From positions 1 through 45,686 of IMG/VR virus record IMGVR_UViG_2663763339_000005: a stretch of 45,686 nt of DNA. One strand, written 5' to 3'. Shown in pieces: positions 40,342-45,686 of this stretch. The stretch's first letter is position 1. Each line of letters starts with the position of its first letter. The notes under the pieces were generated by a model. The model saw only the letters and a program-made list of their open reading frames with translations. It searched no databases and was not told the origin of the DNA. The DNA comes from a virus (Duplodnaviria > Heunggongvirae > Uroviricota > Caudoviricetes). The position numbers and the translations under genes are program-made.

Positions 40342-42895
40342 ACCGGTAGGCGATCTGGTCGTTGATTTGAGTCTGGATGCGGCCAGATTTGACGAGCAGA
40401 TGGCCAGAGTCAGGCGTCATTTTTCCGGTACGGAAAGTGATGCGAAAAAAACAGCGGCAGTCGTTGAACAGTCGCTGAGCCGACAGGCGCTGGCTGCACA
40501 GAAAGCGGGGATTTCCGTCGGGCAGTATAAAGCCGCCATGCGTATGCTGCCTGCACAGTTCACCGACGTGGCCACGCAGCTTGCAGGCGGGCAAAGTCCG
40601 TGGCTGATCCTGCTGCAACAGGGGGGGCAGGTGAAGGACTCCTTCGGCGGGATGATCCCCATGTTCAGGGGGCTTGCCGGTGCGATCACCCTGCCGATGG
40701 TGGGGGCCACCTCGCTGGCGGTGGCGACCGGTGCGCTGGCGTATGCCTGGTATCAGGGCAACTCAACCCTGTCCGATTTCAACAAAACGCTGGTCCTTTC
40801 CGGCAATCAGGCGGGACTGACGGCAGATCGTATGCTGGTCCTGTCCAGAGCCGGGCAGGCGGCAGGGCTGACGTTTAACCAGACCAGCGAGTCACTCAGC
40901 GCACTGGTTAAGGCGGGGGTAAGCGGTGAGGCTCAGATTGCGTCCATCAGCCAGAGTGTGGCGCGTTTCTCCTCTGCATCCGGCGTGGAGGTGGACAAGG
41001 TCGCTGAAGCCTTCGGGAAGCTGACCACAGACCCGACGTCGGGGCTGACGGCGATGGCACGCCAGTTCCATAACGTGACGGCGGAGCAGATTGCGTATGT
41101 TGCTCAGTTGCAGCGTTCCGGCGATGAAGCCGGGGCATTGCAGGCGGCGAACGAGGCCGCAACGAAAGGGTTTGATGACCAGACCCGCCGCCTGAAAGAG
41201 AACATGGGCACGCTGGAGACCTGGGCAGACAGGACTGCGCGGGCATTCAAATCCATGTGGGATGCGGTGCTGGATATTGGTCGTCCTGATACCGCGCAGG
41301 AGATGCTGATTAAGGCAGAGGCTGCGTTTAAGAAAGCAGACGACATCTGGAATCTGCGCAAGGATGATTATTTTGTTAACGATGAAGCGCGGGCGCGTTA
41401 CTGGGATGATCGTGAAAAGGCCCGTCTTGCGCTTGAAGCCGCCCGAAAGAAGGCTGAGCAGCAGACTCAACAGGACAAAAATGCGCAGCAGCAGAGCGAT
41501 ACCGAAGCGTCACGGCTGAAATATACCGAAGAGGCGCAGAAGGCTTACGAACGGCTGCAGACGCCGCTGGAGAAATATACCGCCCGTCAGGAAGAACTGA
41601 ACAAGGCACTGAAAGACGGGAAAATCCTGCAGGCGGATTACAACACGCTGATGGCGGCGGCGAAAAAGGATTATGAAGCGACGCTGAAAAAGCCGAAACA
41701 GTCCGGCGTGAAGGTGTCTGCGGGCGATCGTCAGGAAGACAGTGCTCATGCTGCCCTGCTGACGCTTCAGGCAGAACTCCGGACGCTGGAGAAGCATGCC
41801 GGAGCGAATGAGAAAATCAGCCAGCAGCGCCGGGATTTGTGGAAGGCGGAGAGTCAGTTCGCGGTACTGGAGGAGGCGGCGCAACGTCGCCAGCTGTCTG
41901 CACAGGAGAAATCCCTGCTGGCGCATAAAGATGAGACGCTGGAGTACAAACGCCAGCTGGCTGCACTTGGCGACAAGGTTACGTATCAGGAGCGCCTGAA
42001 CGCGCTGGCGCAGCAGGCGGATAAATTCGCACAGCAGCAACGGGCAAAACGGGCCGCCATTGATGCGAAAAGCCGGGGGCTGACTGACCGGCAGGCAGAA
42101 CGGGAAGCCACGGAACAGCGCCTGAAGGAACAGTATGGCGATAATCCGCTGGCGCTGAATAACGTCATGTCAGAGCAGAAAAAGACCTGGGCGGCTGAAG
42201 ACCAGCTTCGCGGGAGCTGGATGGCAGGCCTGAAGTCCGGCTGGAGTGAGTGGGAAGAGAGCGCCACGGACAGTATGTCGCAGGTTAAAAGTGCAGCCAC
42301 GCAGACCTTTGATGGTATTGCACAGAATATGGCGGCGATGCTGACCGGCAGTGAGCAGAACTGGCGCAGCTTCACCCGTTCCGTGCTGTCCATGATGACA
42401 GAAATTCTGCTTAAGCAGGCAATGGTGGGGATTGTCGGGAGTATCGGCAGCGCCATTGGCGGTGCTGCCAGTGGTGGAGCATCCGCGTCAGGCGGTACAG
42501 CCATTCAGGCCGCTGCGGCGAAATTCCGTTTTGCGACCGGGGGATTTACGGGAACCGGCGGCAAATATGAGCCAGCGGGGATTGTTCACCGTGGCGAATT
42601 TGTCTTCACGAAGGAGGCAACCAGCCGGATTGGTGTCGGCAACCTGTACCGCCTGATGCGGGGCTATGCGGAAGGTGGTTATGTGGGCGGTGCCGGAAGT
42701 CCGGCGCAGATGCGGCGGGCTGAAGGCATTAATTTTAATCAGAACAATCACGTGGTGATTCAGAACGACGGTACGAATGGTCTGCCAGGTCCACAGATGA
42801 TGAAGGCAGTGTATGACATGGCCCGCAAGGGTGCCCGTGATGAAATTCAGACACAGATGCGTGATGGTGGCCTGTTCTCCGGAGGTGGACGATGA
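40334..42895 (+). CDS. H: Tail tape measure protein H
   Basis: 853 aa, same length as and matching lambda gpH. Confidence 0.95.
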   Translation: MAEPVGDLVVDLSLDAARFDEQMARVRRHFSGTESDAKKTAAVVEQSLSRQALAAQKAGISVGQYKAAMRMLPAQFTDVATQLAGGQSPWLILLQQGGQVKDSFGGMIPMFRGLAGAITLPMVGATSLAVATGALAYAWYQGNSTLSDFNKTLVLSGNQAGLTADRMLVLSRAGQAAGLTFNQTSESLSALVKAGVSGEAQIASISQSVARFSSASGVEVDKVAEAFGKLTTDPTSGLTAMARQFHNVTAEQIAYVAQLQRSGDEAGALQAANEAATKGFDDQTRRLKENMGTLETWADRTARAFKSMWDAVLDIGRPDTAQEMLIKAEAAFKKADDIWNLRKDDYFVNDEARARYWDDREKARLALEAARKKAEQQTQQDKNAQQQSDTEASRLKYTEEAQKAYERLQTPLEKYTARQEELNKALKDGKILQADYNTLMAAAKKDYEATLKKPKQSGVKVSAGDRQEDSAHAALLTLQAELRTLEKHAGANEKISQQRRDLWKAESQFAVLEEAAQRRQLSAQEKSLLAHKDETLEYKRQLAALGDKVTYQERLNALAQQADKFAQQQRAKRAAIDAKSRGLTDRQAEREATEQRLKEQYGDNPLALNNVMSEQKKTWAAEDQLRGSWMAGLKSGWSEWEESATDSMSQVKSAATQTFDGIAQNMAAMLTGSEQNWRSFTRSVLSMMTEILLKQAMVGIVGSIGSAIGGAASGGASASGGTAIQAAAAKFRFATGGFTGTGGKYEPAGIVHRGEFVFTKEATSRIGVGNLYRLMRGYAEGGYVGGAGSPAQMRRAEGINFNQNNHVVIQNDGTNGLPGPQMMKAVYDMARKGARDEIQTQMRDGGLFSGGGR

Positions 42896-43221
42896 AAACC
42901 TTCCGCTGGAAAGTGAAACCCGGTATGGATGTGGCTTCGGCCCCTTCTGTAAGAAAGGTGCGCTTTGGTGATGGCTATTCCCAGCGAGCGCCTGCCGGGC
43001 TGAATGCCAACCTGAAAACGTACAGCGTGACGCTTTCTGTCCCCCGTGAGGAGGCCACGGTACTGGAGTCGTTTCTGGAAGAGCACGGGGGCTGGAAAGC
43101 CTTTCTGTGGACGCCGCCTTATGAGTGGCGGCAGATAAAGGTGACCTGCGCAAAATGGTCGTCGCGGGTCAGTATGCTGCGTGTTGAGTTCAGCGCAGAG
43201 TTTGAACAGGTGGTGAACTGA
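42892..43221 (+). CDS. M: Tail tip protein M
   Basis: 109 aa matching lambda gpM (MKTFRWKVKPGMDVASAPSVRKVRFGDGYSQRAPAGLNANLKTY...). Confidence 0.94.
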   Translation: MKTFRWKVKPGMDVASAPSVRKVRFGDGYSQRAPAGLNANLKTYSVTLSVPREEATVLESFLEEHGGWKAFLWTPPYEWRQIKVTCAKWSSRVSMLRVEFSAEFEQVVN

Positions 43222-43919
43222 TGCAGGATATCCGGCAGGAAACACTGAATGAATGCACCCGTGCGGAGCAGTCGGCCAGCGTGGTGCTCTGGGAAATCGA
43301 CCTGACAGAGGTCGGTGGAGAACGTTATTTTTTCTGTAATGAGCTGAACGAAAAAGGTGAGCCGGTCACCTGGCAGGGGCGACAGTATCAGCCGTATCCC
43401 ATTCAGGGGAGTGGTTTTGAACTGAATGGCAAAGGCACCAGTACGCGCCCCACACTGACGGTTTCTAACCTGTACGGTATGGTCACCGGGATGGCGGAAG
43501 ATCTGCAGAGTCTGGTCGGTGGAACGGTGGTCCGGCGTAAGGTTTACGCCCGTTTTCTGGATGCGGTGAACTTCGTCAACGGAAACAGTGGCGCCGATCC
43601 GGAGCAGGAGGTGATCAGCCGCTGGCGCATTGAGCAGTGCAGCGAACTGAGCGCGGTGAGTGCCTCTTTTGTACTGTCCACGCCGACGGAAACGGACGGT
43701 GCTGTTTTTCCGGGACGTATCATGCTGGCCAACACCTGCACCTGGACCTATCGCGGTGATGAGTGCGGTTATCACGGTCCGGCAGTCGCGGATGAATATG
43801 ACCAGCCAACGTCCGATATCACGAAGGATAAATGCAGCAAATGCCTGAGTGGCTGTAAGTTTCGCAATAACGTCGGCAACTTTGGCGGCTTCCTTTCCAT
43901 TAACAAACTTTCGCAGTAA
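43221..43919 (+). CDS. L: Tail tip protein L
   Basis: 232 aa matching lambda gpL, including C-terminal Cys cluster CSKCLSGCKF. Confidence 0.94.
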   Translation: MQDIRQETLNECTRAEQSASVVLWEIDLTEVGGERYFFCNELNEKGEPVTWQGRQYQPYPIQGSGFELNGKGTSTRPTLTVSNLYGMVTGMAEDLQSLVGGTVVRRKVYARFLDAVNFVNGNSGADPEQEVISRWRIEQCSELSAVSASFVLSTPTETDGAVFPGRIMLANTCTWTYRGDECGYHGPAVADEYDQPTSDITKDKCSKCLSGCKFRNNVGNFGGFLSINKLSQ

Positions 43920-43923
43920 TCCC

Positions 43924-44667
43924 ATGACACAGACAGAATCAGCGATTCTGGCGCACGCCCGGCGATGTGCGCCAGCGGAGTCGTGCGGCTTCGTGGTAAG
44001 CACGCCGGAGGGGGAAAGATATTTCCCCTGCGTGAATATCTCCGGTGAGCCGGAGGATTATTTCCGGATGGCTCCGGAGGACTGGCTGCAGGCAGAAATG
44101 CAGGGTGAGATTGTGGCGCTGGTCCACAGCCACCCCGGTGGTCTGCCCTGGCTGAGTGAGGCTGACCGGCGGCTGCAGGTGCAGAGTGATTTGCCGTGGT
44201 GGCTGGTCTGCCGGGGAGTGATTCATAAGTTCCGCTGTGTGCCGCATCTCACCGGGCGGCGCTTTGAGCACGGGGCGACGGACTGTTACACGCTGTTCCG
44301 GGATGCTTATCATCTGGCTGGGATTGAGATGCCGGATTTTCATCGCGGGGATGACTGGTGGCGTAACGGTCAGAATCTCTATCTTGACAATATGGAGGCG
44401 ACTGGTTTTTACCGTGTCGCACTGACAGAGGCGCAGCCGGGCGATGTGCTGCTGTGCTGCTTTGGTTCATCGGTGCCGAATCATGCCGCTATTTACTGCG
44501 GTGACGGCGAGCTGCTGCACCATATTCCTGAACAACTGAGCAAACGAGAGAGGTATACCGACAAATGGCAGCGACGCACACACTCCCTCTGGCGTCACCG
44601 GGCATGGCGCGCATCTGCCTTTACGGGGATTTACAACGATTTGGCCGCCGCATCGACCTTCGTGTGA
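43924..44667 (+). CDS. K: Tail assembly protein K (MPN/JAMM + NlpC/P60 domains)
   Basis: ORF 43849..44667; start at MTQTESAILAHARRCAPAESCGFVV...; HSHPGG JAMM motif; start codon choice uncertain (lambda annotation may use a later Met). Confidence 0.85.
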   Translation: MTQTESAILAHARRCAPAESCGFVVSTPEGERYFPCVNISGEPEDYFRMAPEDWLQAEMQGEIVALVHSHPGGLPWLSEADRRLQVQSDLPWWLVCRGVIHKFRCVPHLTGRRFEHGATDCYTLFRDAYHLAGIEMPDFHRGDDWWRNGQNLYLDNMEATGFYRVALTEAQPGDVLLCCFGSSVPNHAAIYCGDGELLHHIPEQLSKRERYTDKWQRRTHSLWRHRAWRASAFTGIYNDLAAASTFV

Positions 44668-45236
44668 AAACGGGGGCTGAAGCCATCCGGGCACTGGCCA
44701 CACAGCTCCCGGCGTTTCGTCAGAAACTGTGCGACGGCTGGTATCAGGTACGGATTGCCGGGCGGGACGTCAGCACGTCCGGGTTAACGGCGCAGTTACA
44801 TGAGACTCTGCCTGATGGCGCTGTGATTCATATTGTTCCCAGAGTCGCCGGGGCCAAGTCAGGTGGCGTATTCCAGATTGTCCTGGGAGCTGCCGCCATT
44901 GCCGGATCATTCTTTACTGCCGGAGCCACCCTTGCAGCATGGGGGGCAGCCATTGGGGCCGGTGGTATGACCGGCATCCTGTTTTCTCTCGGTGCCAGTA
45001 TGGTGCTCGGTGGTGTGGCGCAGATGCTGGCACCGAAAGCCAGAACTCCCCGTACACAGACAACGGATAACGGCAAACAGAACACCTATTTCTCCTCACT
45101 GGATAACATGGTTGCTCAGGGCAATGTTTTGCCTGTTCTGTACGGTGAAATGCGTGTGGGGTCGAGGGTGGTTTCTCAGGAGATCAGCACGGCAGACGAA
45201 GGGGACGGTGGTCAGGTTGTGGCGATTGGTCGCTGA
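44565..45236 (+). CDS. I: Tail assembly protein I
   Basis: 223 aa matching lambda gpI; overlaps 3' end of K in another frame. Confidence 0.93.
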   Translation: MAATHTLPLASPGMARICLYGDLQRFGRRIDLRVKTGAEAIRALATQLPAFRQKLCDGWYQVRIAGRDVSTSGLTAQLHETLPDGAVIHIVPRVAGAKSGGVFQIVLGAAAIAGSFFTAGATLAAWGAAIGAGGMTGILFSLGASMVLGGVAQMLAPKARTPRTQTTDNGKQNTYFSSLDNMVAQGNVLPVLYGEMRVGSRVVSQEISTADEGDGGQVVAIGR

Positions 45237-45296
45237 TGCAAAATGTTTTATGTGAAACCGCCTGCGGGCGGTTTTGTCGTTTATGGAGCGTGAGGA

Positions 45297-45686
45297 ATGG
45301 GTAAAGGCAGCAGTAAGGGGCATACCCCGCGCGAAGCGAAAGATAACCTGAAATCCACGCAGCTGCTGAGTGTGATTGATGCCATCAGCGAAGGGCCGGT
45401 TGAAGGTCCGGTGGATGGATTAAAAAGCGTGCTGCTGAACAGTACGCCGGTGCTGGACAGTGAGGGGAATACCAACATCTCCGGCGTCACGGTGGTGTTC
45501 CGGGCAGGTGAGCAGGAGCAGACACCGCCGGAAGGTTTTGAATCCTCCGGCTCCGAGACTGTGCTGGGTACGGAAGTGAAATATGACACGCCGATCACCC
45601 GCACCATTACGTCTGCAAACATCGACCGTCTGCGCTTTACCTTCGGCGTGCAGGCACTGGTGGAAACCACCTCAAAGGGGGACCGG
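45297..45686 (+). CDS. J: Tail tip attachment protein J, N-terminal part (runs off window end)
   Basis: ATG 45297 preceded by GAGGA; MGKGSSKGHTPREAKDNLKSTQLLSVIDAISEGPVEGPVDGLKS... matches lambda gpJ start; no stop before window end. Confidence 0.9.
   Translation, partial: MGKGSSKGHTPREAKDNLKSTQLLSVIDAISEGPVEGPVDGLKSVLLNSTPVLDSEGNTNISGVTVVFRAGEQEQTPPEGFESSGSETVLGTEVKYDTPITRTITSANIDRLRFTFGVQALVETTSKGDR

Noticed and set aside
40892-44003. Multiple long minus-strand ORFs (192, 176, 172, 221, 294 aa) within H, M, L and K
   Set aside because: All are antisense to conserved lambda tail genes in high-GC DNA where stop codons are rare; no independent support.
45281-45670. 129-aa minus-strand ORF at window end
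   Set aside because: Antisense to the clearly recognisable start of tail fibre gene J.

Overview
The window is most of a lambdoid prophage, read from the stop codon of its integrase (position 1) to the start of tail fibre gene J (window end), with a ~10.9 kb phage-satellite-like element inserted inside the prophage's major capsid gene E. All identifications are by reading the supplied translations and DNA against remembered protein families; no database search was run.

Prophage layout, left to right:
- Integration and recombination (minus strand): IntD-type integrase, excisionase, small lambda-like ORFs, then Exo, Bet and Gam.
- Immunity region: cI-like repressor (HTH + S24 peptidase), divergent pL/pR with palindromic AACAAC/GTTGTT operators, Cro/YdaS-like and YdaT-like proteins. 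No N/Nun-size ORF is present.
- Replication: O-like initiator with four internal iterons, lambda P, Ren.
- nin-region AT-rich island: emrE, the large serine recombinase ybcK, and two unassigned ORFs, followed by ybcN, ninE, ybcO, rusA, ylcG and antiterminator Q.
- Intact porin gene nmpC on the opposite strand, then a phage-21-type lysis cassette (holin, SAR endolysin, Rz/Rz1) and bor.
- cos site and a lambda-type morphogenesis operon: Nu1, A, W, B, C/Nu3, D, E (split), FI, FII, Z, U, V, G/T, H, M, L, K, I, J (5' part).

Main finding: gene E is interrupted after codon 81 by an element spanning about 25251..36164, flanked by a 10-bp direct repeat (agcccaagca). Joining the two E fragments gives exactly 1026 nt, so precise excision would restore E. 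The element carries:
- a P4-like tyrosine integrase and AlpA-like regulator;
- a ribbon-helix-helix repressor with an operator-rich divergent promoter;
- a P4-family primase/helicase followed by TGTTCACC iterons, and an SSB;
- its own divergent homologues of capsid protein E and decoration protein D;
- a lambda-like cosQ-cosN-cosB with a variant cosN;
- a gpI-like ORF with an in-frame TGA, and unassigned cargo ORFs.

This looks like a PICI/P4-style satellite that uses the helper's terminase and tail while supplying its own capsid shell, and that holds the helper's capsid gene hostage while integrated.
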